DNA of 64,000 nucleotides, from assembly GCA_002269645.1 (NCBI GenBank), contig NIVC01002817.1, positions 74,216 through 138,215 of the forward strand. The letters run 5' to 3'. The translations under genes were made by a program, and so were the position numbers. Positions 24,716-37,112 of the stretch are shown here, piece after piece. This DNA comes from Macrostomum lignano (lineage: Eukaryota). Each line of letters opens with the position of its first letter. Position 1 is the first letter of the stretch. A model generated the notes under the pieces. The model saw only the letters and a list, made by a program, of their open reading frames with translations, ran no database searches and was not told where the DNA came from.

Positions 24716-25499
24716 AAAGTGACCCCTATCAGTGAACTGACTCCCTAGCGCCTGTCACAATGTCAATCGTTAATCCTTACAGAAATTTTCTCCATTCGAA
24801 ATGAAACCCCCGGCCTCCCATTCGAGGATTCGATCAGGTTTAAGCTCTGAGTCCTGAGCTCAATGCATGCTGCAGCACCGAACCCCCCGTTTACAAATCG
24901 AATATCAACATGGGAATTGAAAGCCTCAGATGAGGATTTCAACTCGCAGGCATTGGCGAAAACTGTTAACCCGAATATCCGATGCAAGCAAACGTTGCTT
25001 TGGAAACTTTCGAGTCTTTACTCAACCCAGTGATTACGCAATCATATTTCTGCTGGCTGCTTCCCCGGCTACCGGTGCGAGAAAATGCAGAATATGACCA
25101 AAATGACTGAATGACCATTTGACCAAAATAACTGAATGACCAAAATGACCATATTACCAAAATGACCAAATGACCAAAATATCGCCCAGCGGGGAAATCC
25201 TTGCCCGTCCACTTCCCACTCGAATCACCGGTGTTTGAGGCGAGCTGGAGTGGAGGCTGAAAGTCTGGGATCGAAATCCCCCCTACTGTCCTGTGGGACT
25301 CGTGACTGACTCTGTGAGTCTGACTGCAGCCGCGTCCCAGATCTGCTGTGCCCCACCTGACATCAGCGGCGGCTCCCTGAGATTCGCTGGAAACTGCCTG
25401 CTCAGGCCGCGTCTGATGCGAAAGGAGACTGGATGAATGATCTGCTGGCAATCACTCTGTAGCTCTCCCCCACTCACCTCTCTGCCATCTCTCCGCCTC

Positions 25500-26100
25500 T
25501 ACACTCCCCCTCTTCTCTCCCCCTCCCCCTCTCCTTCTTCCCCTCCCTCTCTTCTCTCCTCCCCCCTCCTTCTCTTCCTCCTTCTCTTCCTCCTCCTTCT
25601 CTTCCTCCTCCTTCTCTTCCTCCTCCTTCTCTTCCTCCTCCTTCTCTTCCTCCTCCTTCTCTTCCTCCTTCTCTTCCTCCTCCTTCTCTTCCTCCTCCTT
25701 CTCTTCCTCCTCCTTCTCTTCCTCCTCCTTCTCTTCCTCCTCCTTCTCTTCCTCCTCCTTCTCTTCCTCCTCCTTCTCTTCCTCCTCCTTCTCTTCCTCC
25801 TTCTCTTCCTCCTTCTCTTCCTCCTCCTTCTCTTCCTCCTCCTTCTCTTCCTCCTTCTCTTCCTCCTCCTTCTCTTCCTCCTCCTTCTCTTCCTCCTCCT
25901 TCTCTTCCTCCTCCTTCTCTTCCTCCTCCTTCTCTTCCTCCTCCTTCTCTTCCTCCTTCTCTTCCTCCTCCTTCTCTTTCTCCTTCTTCTCTTCCTCCTT
26001 CTTCTCTTCCCCCTCCTTCTGTTCATCCTCCTTCTCTTCCTCCTCCTTCTCTTTCTCCTTCTCCTCTTCCTCCTTCTCTTCCTCCTTCTTTCTCCTTTCT
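25500..26100. repeat. Pyrimidine repeat (CTCTTCCTCCTCCTT)n
   Basis: Direct reading. Confidence 0.97.
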
Positions 26101-26559
26101 TTCTTAAATTCTAATAAATTATTTTGCACCTGAACTTTTATCAACATGTCACAAGCCAAATCTGATATTATTGCTGCCAAACTGCCTGACTATTTTTCAG
26201 TCTATTTTAACAAAAAACACACCGATTGATAAGTGTCCGATCTCAAGTTGACAGAGGCGGCACAATGGCAGCTCAAATGACAGAACGCGTCAGACTAAAC
26301 TGCCAGACACAGTTAGCGGTTTGAATGCTCAAGTTGAGCATACCTACTCATTAAAGTCGGCAGTTTAAAGCCCAAAAGGCGGCGGTTCTCACCGTTTTTT
26401 CTCGGTCCTGACAAGGGCCACCTTGGCTATTCAAGACGAATTTTAATGCAGTTTTTTGTTTTTTTGCTGTTTAATGCTGCGAAGTTGAGCTTGCGCTAGA
26501 TACCAGATGAGATGCAGTGCCCTGGGCATGGTGAGGATAGGTGAGAAGAAAGGTATAAA

Positions 26560-26860
26560 GGAAGAGGTAGATAAGAAGAAGTAGATAGGAGATGTAGAAT
26601 AGGAAGGTAGATACGTAGAGAAGAAGAGAAGACGATAGGGATATGTTCATAGTGAGAGGTAGATAATGAGAGGTAGATAATGAAATTTTGGATAGGGAGA
26701 GGTCAATAATCAAAGGTATATAGTGAGAAGTAGATATGGAGAGGTAGATAGGGAGAGGTAGCTAATGGGAGGTAGCTAATGAGAGGTAGCTAATGAGAGG
26801 TAGCTAATGAGAGGTAGATATGGAGAGGTAGATATGGAGAGGTAGATACGGAGAGGTAGA
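26560..26860. repeat. GA-rich tract with 14-bp units
   Basis: gagaggtagctaat and gagaggtagatatg units. Confidence 0.8.
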
Positions 26861-29800
26861 TAGGTCAAGGCATTTGTACCTAATCGGATCCAGCTCAGAA
26901 CCGAGCATCTGTCATCTAAAAGCGCCATTATAAACTGGTTACTCAGCACCTAATTAATGCCTGCCTGCTGCTATTTGAAAGGCCAGCCCAGCCCAACTGG
27001 AGTACAACGAGTTTGCGCCAAACAAACTCAAGAAATCGCCACTTCTGAAACAAAAAAGCACTGTGAGTCACTGCTATGCCCCGCGAATTACAGATGTGGC
27101 CGGGGGTTTATTGAGCTCAAACTCTGAGTGGCCCGGCCAGTCCTGCAGCTACGCCCCCTTCCTCACCCTCTCATTGGTCCGCGAGCGGTCAGCGGCCTTT
27201 CAAGTTGACTCTCGTGTGCTTATTACTGCAGTCTGGGGCTGCTCGAGGTCGCCAGGTCGCCAACCCCCTGCCTACTGTCGAGTTATTCGGTGACCTCCGC
27301 TACAGCTGACAAGGGACTCTGACTGTACATTAAGTGCCGACAGCCGCTCAGCAACATCTGCTGTCTTTCTTCTGTAGCGGATGCTGCTCTGCTAAAAGCA
27401 GCAGACGTGTGCAAGCTGCAAGGTGAGACTGCGATTTCTACTGTTGCGGGGTTTCACACAATGGGTCTTCGGGTTACTGGAGACTCCGCCTTGAGGCTGC
27501 TTCAGAGTTTGTTGCTATGCAAGAGGCTGCAGCGTGTGGGGGTCTTCTTTTAGCTTCGGATAAAAGCAGCTCGCGAGCTTGAAAGCCTCTCCTGCTTTTT
27601 CTGCTTTTGCAACAATAGGCCCAGCATTTCCTCAACAGTTGTCCTCAAAACGCATTCGCAGTTGTCTTCGCCTGGCAAGCGAAAAAAAATAGTCGGTTGA
27701 GTCGCAGCTGAGTAAGGGCTCGGGGGAGGGTGACGCCTCGCGCTGACTTCTCATGCGAGAACTCCAGCATCCTGCAGCAGCCAGGCTGGACCCTGAACAA
27801 TGGGGGGGGGCTGAGGAACTGGGTTGAAATGTTCTAAGAAATCCACTTTTCAGCCAGCTTAGGTGAGCTCAGAGGCTTAAAACGTTGGTGGCCCATCTCA
27901 CTCTCTGTCTCCCCTGTCAGCCTCTCTCTCTCTCTCTCTCTCTCTCACTTGATCAGGCGAGGTGCTTTCAAGCATGACCACCCAGGGGCGGACCTGTGGG
28001 CTCCCAACAGCCATTCACTGCGGAAGAAATTTCAGCAGCTTTACAGCAAAGAAGATTGTGTGACAGCAGGTTGCCTTTCAATTTTTGAAAGTGCACCAGC
28101 ACCTGAAGGCTCTCGATAGGAAATAATAGGAAGGATGGGGGCTGCTGCTGTGACGGAGTGGTTGCTCAGCGGGCTACGTCGACAAATCGAGAGACTGACG
28201 GAGCCGGAGGAGGAAGAACTTCTTCAGTTTGTCTACCTCGGCTCCCAGCCAGGTTCAACGTCCACGAGGATCTGTGGAGGCAGTTCTGCAGTAGTCCGAG
28301 GCCCTTACCGCCCTGCGGTCTGGAGGTCCGGTGCACTACTGCAAATTTCATGCAGCCAGTCTGACAATCGATAACCCTGGTTTGACTTTCTTAGCCTGTG
28401 AGCCGCCTGCTGACTTTCTGCTGCTCTGCCGCTGCTTCTCCCCCGGACAAGCGGCAGACGCTCCGCCCACCGAAGTCCCCGCGCGCGCGGTGCAGTGCGC
28501 TGTCAGCTGTTGCCAAAACACTAAAAGAAAACTGTTGCTTCTAGGAGCAGAAGAGAGACGGGGGGGCAGATTAGTGTCATACTTTATAAAACTTTTCTTT
28601 GCTACTTCTTAATCTAGTCTCCTTAGTCCGTGCACCAGTTCAAGGGAAGACAGGAGCCAACAGGAACTTCTTCGGGTGCATTAAACACCCCCCCCGCCAA
28701 GGATGCCCTCCGTGTCAAGTTGGCATTTTTGGTCCAGCAATCTGACGCAATCAATCATGTCAGTCCATTGTCGCTGCTTGGCCGGGTTTCCCTGACGTGG
28801 CGTGGCGTACGCGAGTTGGCAGTCGGTGGGGTCACGGGGGGGGAGGTTCAACCCTCCATCCTTCCCTGTCTGTGCATCGTGGAGAATCGGTAGAGCAGGA
28901 CTTGACATGTTGAGGCCAGACAGCTACAATCCCGCACTGCATTTGCTTTCTAAAAGGGCTTGGCGGCGGTGCTCACGCTGTGTTTTACCTTGGCCTGAAA
29001 GGAATCTGTCTGAGCCTACCCCTCCCTCCTCAGCCCCAGTTCGACCTTCCAGGAAGGGAGGTCGCGTCCTGGGCGAGGCTGCTTGTCAGGGGAACAAAAA
29101 GGTTGCCAGCTACCAAAATAATGCGGACTGGGCCCAGATAAGAGACCAGAAAGAGGGGGTGGCCCGGCTGCTGCTGCCGCGGAGGGGAAGGCAGGGGAGA
29201 GTAGGTGTTACGTAAGAGCCCAAGGGCAATGGCGGGTGTGTATTGGCAGAGCGCAGTTGTTCTGGATACAGACCGGAGCCCAGAGGGTCGGGTCGTTTCT
29301 GTCAGCTGCTCCCGCTCTCTCCCCCCTTATTGCTTGTGCTGCAAATTTTTCTCTCATTGGGGAGGACAATTGCAAATCGGATTCTTGTCTGTCTTGCGAA
29401 ATCCCAGAGGGGCCGGCAGTCCCCCCGAGGTGGTGCCGATTGCGCAACGCAGCTCCGTGCTCGGGGGTACGCGTAATTCCCGCCCTGGTCAATCGGTCCG
29501 GTCCGTCCTGCGTTGTTTTTAGCGCAAAAGAAAAACAATTTGTGCCGAGAGTTTTTGACAGCTAGAAATTTTTGGCAGACTTCACTTTCTTTTTCACTTT
29601 TTTTCGCAACTCTCAGCACACTTCAGTTGCGGCTGTCGGAAATCTTAGCCGAGCTTTATTCAACTCTTAGAGGTCTTCTCGATCCCGATTTTCTGGCAAC
29701 AAAGTTTTAATGAAAAAGACGGAAAAATAAAAATATTAACAAAGAAATGAAATGCTGTGAGAGCCTTCAGGTTTGGACCAACTTGTGTCGAGTGGTTGCG

Positions 29801-30227
29801 CAATCAAGGCGCTGCCGCACCAACCTGCGCTCCAACGCCTTCGCGGTTGAGAAAGTGGAGAAAGGAGTTGCTCAGAAGAGTGAAACAAGAAACTTACTAT
29901 TGTTTGAGCTCTGTCTGCCGAGAGCGGCAAGTTAAATCGGGCAGCTCTTCAAGGTTAATTAAATGAAAGCAGCGGCACTGAGAGTACCGACTTCACATTG
30001 AGCAAACTTATGGGTCAATCAGTGCATTCCAGACATTTCAGGAAATAAAAAATTTTCTAATCTAGACTTTCTAATCGTCAGGCATTTACACTGGGGTTGG
30101 TCCTCGTGGGTTGTAAATTGCACGACAAACCACCGGCTGAAATGAAAGTAGCCATTCGATAGCTAGGAATCGAACCCAGGGGTCGTGGAAACTTCGAGTC
30201 CTGCAAAACGAATCCCCAGTGCCCCCG

Positions 30228-31000
30228 ACATGTATCAAACTAGCATTGTTAATCCCAAGCCCACCCGATATGTATCGAAATTAACTTTGTTAATCCCCAG
30301 CCCACCCGAAATGTATCGAAAATAACATTGTTAATCCCTAGCCCACCCGACATGTATCGAAACTAACATTGTTAATCTCTAGCCCACCCGACATGTATCG
30401 AAACTAACATTGCTAATCCCTAGCCCACCCGAAATGTATCGAAACTAACATTGCTAATCCCTAGCCCACCCGACATGTATCGAAACTAACATTGCTAATC
30501 CCTAGCCCACCCGAAATGTATCGAAACTAACATTGCTAATCCCTAGCCCACCCGAAATGTATCGAAACTAACATTGCTAATCCCTAGCCCACCCGAAATG
30601 TATCGAAACTAACATTGTTAATCGCCAGCCCACCCGATATGTATCGAAACTAACATTGTTAATCCCCACCCCACCCGACATGTATCGAAACTAACATTGT
30701 TAATCCCTAGCCCACCCGACATGTATCGAAACTAACATTGTTAATCGCCAGCCCACCCGACATGTATCGAAACTAACATTGTTAATCCCCACCCCACCCG
30801 ACATGTATCGAAACTAACATTGTTAATCGCCAGCCCACCCGATATGTATCGAAACTAACATTGTTAATCGCAAGCCCACCCGACATGTATCGAAACTAAC
30901 ATTGTTAATCCCCAGCCCACCCGACATGTATCGAAACTAACATTGTTAATCCCCAGCCCACCCGATATGTATCGAAACTAACATTGTTAATCGCCAGCCC
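30228..31000. repeat. 41-bp minisatellite
   Basis: Unit gtatcgaaactaacattgttaatccccagcccacccgacat, about 18 copies. Confidence 0.97.
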
Positions 31001-31544
31001 ATGCGGGTTACGCAATACAGGAGGAAAAACTCTCGACTGGAGAAAAAACGGATGAAGATTGAAAGAAAGCGAGAGGGAAAAATCAAAGCGATTGCGGCCG
31101 GGCCTGGGGATAAAAATGCTTAGGGAATTATGGCCGGCACGGATCCGCCTCCGCCCCCAGCCGTCTCCTCAGTCTCCGTGTCCGCGCGATCAATAAATAA
31201 TCAGATTACATCATCACTGCCGCCCTTGTGGGGGAAAATCGGTAAGGAGGGCCGGCCGCGACTGACTGGCGCAGGGAAAGTGGAGGAGCAACGCCTCATG
31301 GCGGGCCCTTTTGAATTGGGGATTTCCTCAGCTTTTATCTTCCCCTCTCTTGCCTGCCGCCGAATTAGCGCTGCGGGGTTGGAGGCTCTGAGCCTGGTCA
31401 CGGATGCTCAGCTTTTTATCTGCTCATCGGACGCAGCCGCGGGGTCATTACCGACTTTACCTGCCTGCTGTGGCTTGCTGGTAGCGGACTGCCGGGGTCT
31501 CTCACATCCCTGTTGGCTCTTGAATTTTAATTGATCTTCTTTTC

Positions 31545-32510
31545 TGTCTGATTCCCCTTCCCCCAGTCTAATTCCTCTTCCCCCTGTCTGATTCCCCTTC
31601 CCCCAGTCTAATTCCCCTTCCCCCTGTCTGATTCCCCTTCCCCAGTCTAATTCCCCTTCCCCTGTCTGATTCCCCTTCCCCCAGTCTAATTCCCCTTCCC
31701 CCTGTCTGATTCTCCTTCCCCCAGTCTAATTTCCCTTCCCCCTGTCTGATTCCCTTCCCCCAGTCTAATTCCTCTTCCCCCTGTCTGATTCCCCTTCCCC
31801 CAGTCTAATTCCCCTTCCCCCTGTCTGATTCCCCTTCCCCCAGTCTAATTCCCCTTCCCCCTGTCTGATTCCCCTTCCCCCAGTCTAATTCCCCTTCCCC
31901 CTGTCTGATTCCCTTCCCCCAGTCTAATTCCCCTTCCCCTGTCTGATTCCCCTTCCCCCAGTCTAATTCCCCTTCCCCCTGTCTGATTCCCCTTCCCCCA
32001 GTCTTATTCCCCTTCCCCCTGTCTGATTCCCCTTCACCCAGTCTAATTCCCCTTCCCCCTGTCTGATTCCCCTTCACCCAGTCTAATTCCCCTTCCCCCT
32101 GTCTGATTCCCCCTTCCCTCTGTCTGATTCCCCCTCCACTCTGTCTGATTCCCCGTTCCCCTCTGTCTGATTCCCCTTCCCAATGTCTGATTCCCCTTCC
32201 CCTCTGTCTGATTCCCCCTTTTTCTCTCTGTCTGATTCCCCCTTTTTCTCTCTGTCTGATTCCCCCTTTTTCTCTCTGTCTGATTCCCCCTTTTTCTCTC
32301 TGTCTGATTCCCCCTTTTTCTCTCTGTCTGATTCCCCCTTTTTCTCTCTGTCTGATTCCCCCTTTTTCTCTCTGTCTGATTCCCCCTTTTTCTCTCTGTC
32401 TGATTCCCCTTCCATTCTGTCTGATTCCCCTTCCCAATGTCTGATTCCCCTTCCCCTCTGTCTGATTCCCCTTCCCCTCTGTCTGATTCCCCTTCCATTC
32501 TGTCTGATAC
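31545..32510. repeat. 19-24-bp pyrimidine-rich minisatellite
   Basis: tgtctgattccccttcccc / cagtctaattccccttcccc alternating, then tctgtctgattccccctttttctc. Confidence 0.95.
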
Positions 32511-32929
32511 CTCACACTGTCTGATGGTGCTATTTTTTACCAGTTTACAGACAGAATTCTGGAAGCACTTTCACAGCAGAGCCCCGCGAGTCTCAGCCAC
32601 TGCTTACTGGAAGGGAGTTTAGCCGGCAGATCTCTGTACAGAATGGCTGCAACTCTTTTAAATTCATTGGAGCGGAAAAGCGGAGTTCAGTGCGTCTCGA
32701 AAAAATGTCGTCTTTCATTTTTTTCTGCTCGAAGAATCGAGCCGGCAGGTCCTGCAGGTGCTGCAGTTTCAGCTGAAAGTTTCTTGCGGCGGCTGCGCTG
32801 CTTCCGGTGGCCCCCCCCCGTATGGACTTGAAAATTCGAGCTGAACTCGGTTGCTACCCGACCGTGCGAGTTGGCCTGGTTCCGGGCTGTCTCCGCGTCC
32901 TGATTCTTCAGTCTGTGCTCCCCGCTCCT

Positions 32930-35080
32930 CTCTGCTCATCTCCTGCCTCTCCCTCTAACCCTGCCTCTTCCTCTCTACCATCTCCTCTCCTCTCTCCTCT
33001 CTCCTCTCTCCCCTCTCCTCTCTCCTCTCTCCTCTCTCCTCTCTCCTATCTCCTCCCTCCTCTCTCCCCTCTCCTCTCTCCCCTCTCCTCTCTCCCCTCT
33101 CCTCTCTCCCCTCTCCTCTCTCCCCTCTCCTCTCTTCTCTCTCCTCTCTCCTCTCTTCTCTCTTCTCTCTCCTCTCTCCTCTCTCCTCTCTTCTCTCTCC
33201 TCTCTCCTCTCTTCTCTCTCCTCTCTCCTCTCTCCTCTCTCCCTCTCCTCTCTCCTCTCTCCTCTCTTCTCTCCTCTCTCTCTCTTCTCTCTCCCCTCTC
33301 CTCTCTCCCCTCTCCTCTCTCCCCTCTCCTCTCTCCCCTCTCCTCTCTCCTCTCTCCTCTCTTCTCTCTCCTCTCTCCTCTCTTCTCTCTTCTCTCTCCT
33401 CTCTTCTCTCTCCTCTCTTCTCTCTCCTCTCTCCTCTCTTCTCTCTCCCCTCTCCTCTCTCCCCTCTCCTCTCTCCCCTCTCCTCTCTCCCCTCTCCTCT
33501 CTCCCCTCTCCTCTCTCTTCTCTCCTCTCTCCTCTCTCCTCTCTCCTCTGTCCTCTCTCCTCTCTCCTCTTCTCTCTCCTCTGTCCTCTCTTCCATCTCC
33601 TCTCTTCTCCCTCCCCTCTCCTCTCTTCTCTCTCCTCTCTCCTCTCTTTTCTCTCCCCTCTCCTCTCTCCCCTCTCCTCTCTCCCCTCCCTCTCTCCCCT
33701 CTCCTCTCTCCTCTCTTCTCTCTCCCTCTCCTCTCTCCCTCTCCTCTCTCCCCTCTCCTCTCTCCCCTCTCCTCTCTCCCCTCCCCTCTCTCCCCTCTCC
33801 TCTCTCCCCTCTCCTCTCTCCCCTCTCCTCTCTTCTCTCTCCTCTCTTCTCTCTCCTCTCTCCTCTCTCCTCTCTCCCTCTCCTCTCTCCCCTCCTCTCT
33901 CCCCTCTCCTCTCTCCCCTCTCCTCTCTCCTCTCTTCTCTCTCCCCTCTCCTCTCTTCTCTCTTCTCTCTCCTCTCTCCTCTCTCCCCTCTCCTCTCTCC
34001 CCTCTCCTCTCTCCCCTCTCCTCTCTCCCCCCCTCTCTCCCCTCTCCTCTCTCCCTCTCCTCTCTCCCTCTCCTCTCTTCTCTCTCCTCTCTTCTCTCTC
34101 CTCTCTCCTCTCTCCTCTCTCCCCTCTCCTCTCTCCCCTCTCCTCTCTCCCCTCTCCTCTCTCCCCTCTCCTCTCTCCTCTCTTCTCTCTCCCCTCTCTC
34201 TCTCTTCTCTCTCTCTCTCTCTCTCTCTCCCCTCTCCTCTCTCCCCTCTCCTCTCTCCCCTCTCCTCTCTCCCCTCTCCTCTCTCCCCTCTCCTCTCTTC
34301 CATCTCCTCTCTTCTCCCTCCTCTCTCCTCTTCTCTCTCCTCTGTCCTCTCTTCTCTCTCCTCTCTCCTCTCTCCTCTCTCCTCTCACCCCTCTCCTCTC
34401 TTCCATCTCCTCTCTTCTCCCTCCTCTCTCCTCTTCTCTCTCCTCTGTCCTCTCTTCTCTCTCCTCTCTCCTCTCTCCTCTCACCCCTCTCCTCTCACCC
34501 CTCTCCTCTCTCCCCTCTCCTCTCTCCCCTCTCCTCTCTCCCCTCTCCTCTCTCCCCTCTCCTCTATCCCCTCTCCTCTCTTCCATCTCCTCTCTTCTCC
34601 CTCCTCTCTCCTCTTCTCTCTCCTCTGTCCTCTCTTCTCTCTCCCCTCTCCTCTCTCCCCTCTCCTCTCTCCCCTCTCCTCTCTTCTCTCTCTCCCCTCT
34701 CCTCTCTCCCCTCTCCTCTCTCCCCTCTCCTCTCTCCCTCTCCTCTCTTCTCTCTCCTCTCTCCTCTCTCCTCTCTCCTCTCTCTCTCCCCTCTCCTCTC
34801 TCCCCTCTCCTCTCTCCCTCTCCTCTCTCCCCTCTCCTCTCTCCCCTCTCCTCTCTCCATCTCCTCTCTTCTCCCTCCTCTCTCCTCTTCTCTCTCCTCT
34901 GTCCTCTCTTCTCTCTCCTCTCTCCTCTCTCCTCTCTCCTCTCACCCCTCTCCTCTCTTCCATCTCCTCTCTTCTCCCTCCTCTCTCCTCTTCTCTCTCC
35001 TCTGTCCTCTCTTCTCTCTCCTCTCTCCTCTCTCCTCTCACCCCTCTCCTCTCACCCCTCTCCCCTCTTCTCTCTCCTCT
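32930..35080. repeat. 2.1-kb (CTCTC/CTCC) pyrimidine tract
   Basis: Almost no purines on the + strand. Confidence 0.98.
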
Positions 35081-35874
35081 CCGCAAAGCCTATCCAACCC
35101 TCTTACTTCTCCTGTTTTAATTTAAATAATTTTTTAATTGATTATTTACGTCATTTTAGTAGGAAATCTGCAAGGGACAAAAACAGTCACTTATGGAAAC
35201 TAATTTCGACAAAACAGTTGAACTAGTGAGGGGGCGGCGCCACATTCTCCGGCAATGAAATCGAAATGAACAATGGCAGAAGAAGAGAACAGAGAGCAGT
35301 GGGCGGAGTGAGTCTTTCCCAAAGGCAGCTCAACAGCCATTCGCTCCTCTCGAAGCACTTGAGTCTCGGGTGTTGATTCAGTGCTGGCACTGTGTGTTTC
35401 TGCTCCTAGGATCAATATTTGCATGTTTGACACGAGCCGCGCATGCAGAGCGGCAGCTCGTCTCTCTTATCCTTCTGCCGCAAGCTATGCTAAGGTAGAC
35501 ACGGAAACAACACACGGAGGTGAGAAGAGGATTTCTTAAAGGGCTTTCCCTCACCCCCAGAAAACTTGCTCTCACTTCTGAGACCGCAGCCGCCCTGTGA
35601 GACTCAGCCAGGAGTGCCGGAGTGGTGGGAGTGCGCGGCTGCGGCAGAGTGCACCCTGCCTGATCAATATTTGCACCGGGGATGGCAGCTTAAAGCAACA
35701 GCCAGCTGGGGAGCTTCTGGGCCTCGTCTGGACTCCCCACATGGGACGGTCGCTCATCAATAACCGATTAATTGTTAGCAATGGCACCCTTGCGGCTCTG
35801 CTCTGATGCGATGTGTGATGGGGCTTCCGTAGGCTGCAGTGCGTGAGATTTCTGATGAACTTTTGGATCAACTT

Positions 35875-36520
35875 TCTATAGATCTGATGCTATAGATATT
35901 GTACCGATAGATCCGTTGTGTCTATAGATCTAATACCGATAGATCCTCTTTGTCTATAGATCTAGTACCGACAGATCTAGTGTGTCTATAGATCTAATAC
36001 CGATAGATCCGGTGTGTATATAGATCTAGTACCGATAGATCCAGTGTGTCTATAGATCTAGTACCGATAGATCTAGTGTGTCTATAGATCTAATACCGAT
36101 AGATCCAGTGTGTCTATAGATCTAGTACCGATAGATCCAGTGTGTCTATAGATCTACTACCGAAAGATCCGGTGTGTCTATAGATCTAGTACCGATAGAT
36201 CTAGTGTGTCTATAGATCTAATACCGATAGATCCGGTGTGTCTATAGATCTAATACCGATAGATCCGGTGTGTCTATGGATCTAGTACCGATAGATCCAG
36301 TGTGTCTATAGATCTAGTGCCGATAGATCCGGTGTGTATATAGATCTAGTGCCGATAGATCCGGTGTGTATATAGATCTAGTACCGATAGATCCGGTGTG
36401 TATATAGATCTAGTACCGTTAGTGTCGATTGTGTCGATAGATCTAGTGCCGATAGCAATCCATCGACTATAAGCTGGGTGCTTATAGATTTAGTGATTAT
36501 AGATCTATTGTGCCTATAGA
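35875..36520. repeat. 32-bp AGATCT minisatellite
   Basis: Unit atagatctagtaccgatagatccggtgtgtct. Confidence 0.95.
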
Positions 36521-37112
36521 TCTGCATTCAAAGTACAGCAAATATTTTGATTAATTTTCTGCATCTCCAGACTTTCTAAATTCACTCTTGCTTAAAGCGA
36601 ATGCAGCCCGAGAGCTCCAGGCATTGAATTCTGAGCAGCCTCACCCATCATCCCATCGCCATCCCCTTTTTGTTGCCATGGAAACCAGACGGAATCATTT
36701 CAATCTTCGCTCGACGTTAGAGAGAGTTGCCTTCGCAGATGACATCGAAGCTGAAGCGGGAGGGGGTTGGGGCTGCCTTGTTTGCGGCCGCAAATCCCCT
36801 CTTAAGATCCCATCGGCTCGGATTGAAAGTGAAACGCTGCCGGTTTTCCCCTGACATTGGCTTGGGGATTAAAATCCCCTCCCGAATCTTTTATCCCAGA
36901 GATTTCAAAACTTGTATTCGTGCGTATCAGCGAGATTGGTTTGATGAGCACGAGTTTTACCTGCCTGCGTCTCTCTGATTGCCCCGCTGCGAAATTGACA
37001 TGACGGAAAACTTGGGGGGGAGGCGCACATGACCTGGATTGGGCTCGACTCGGTGAGGATTTTATTCCCAATGAGGTGAACGCCTGTTGCTGATGGAGCG
37101 ACACTATTTTAG

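Noticed and set aside
27000-29950. Short ORFs and isolated GTGAG donor motifs in a 3-kb unique island
   Set aside because: No protein similarity I can recognise and no matching acceptor/frame series; left as part of the intergenic island finding.
30166-30177. Minus-strand B-box (GGGTTCGATTCC); a similar one lies near 50944-50955
   Set aside because: No matching A-box or cloverleaf at tRNA spacing.
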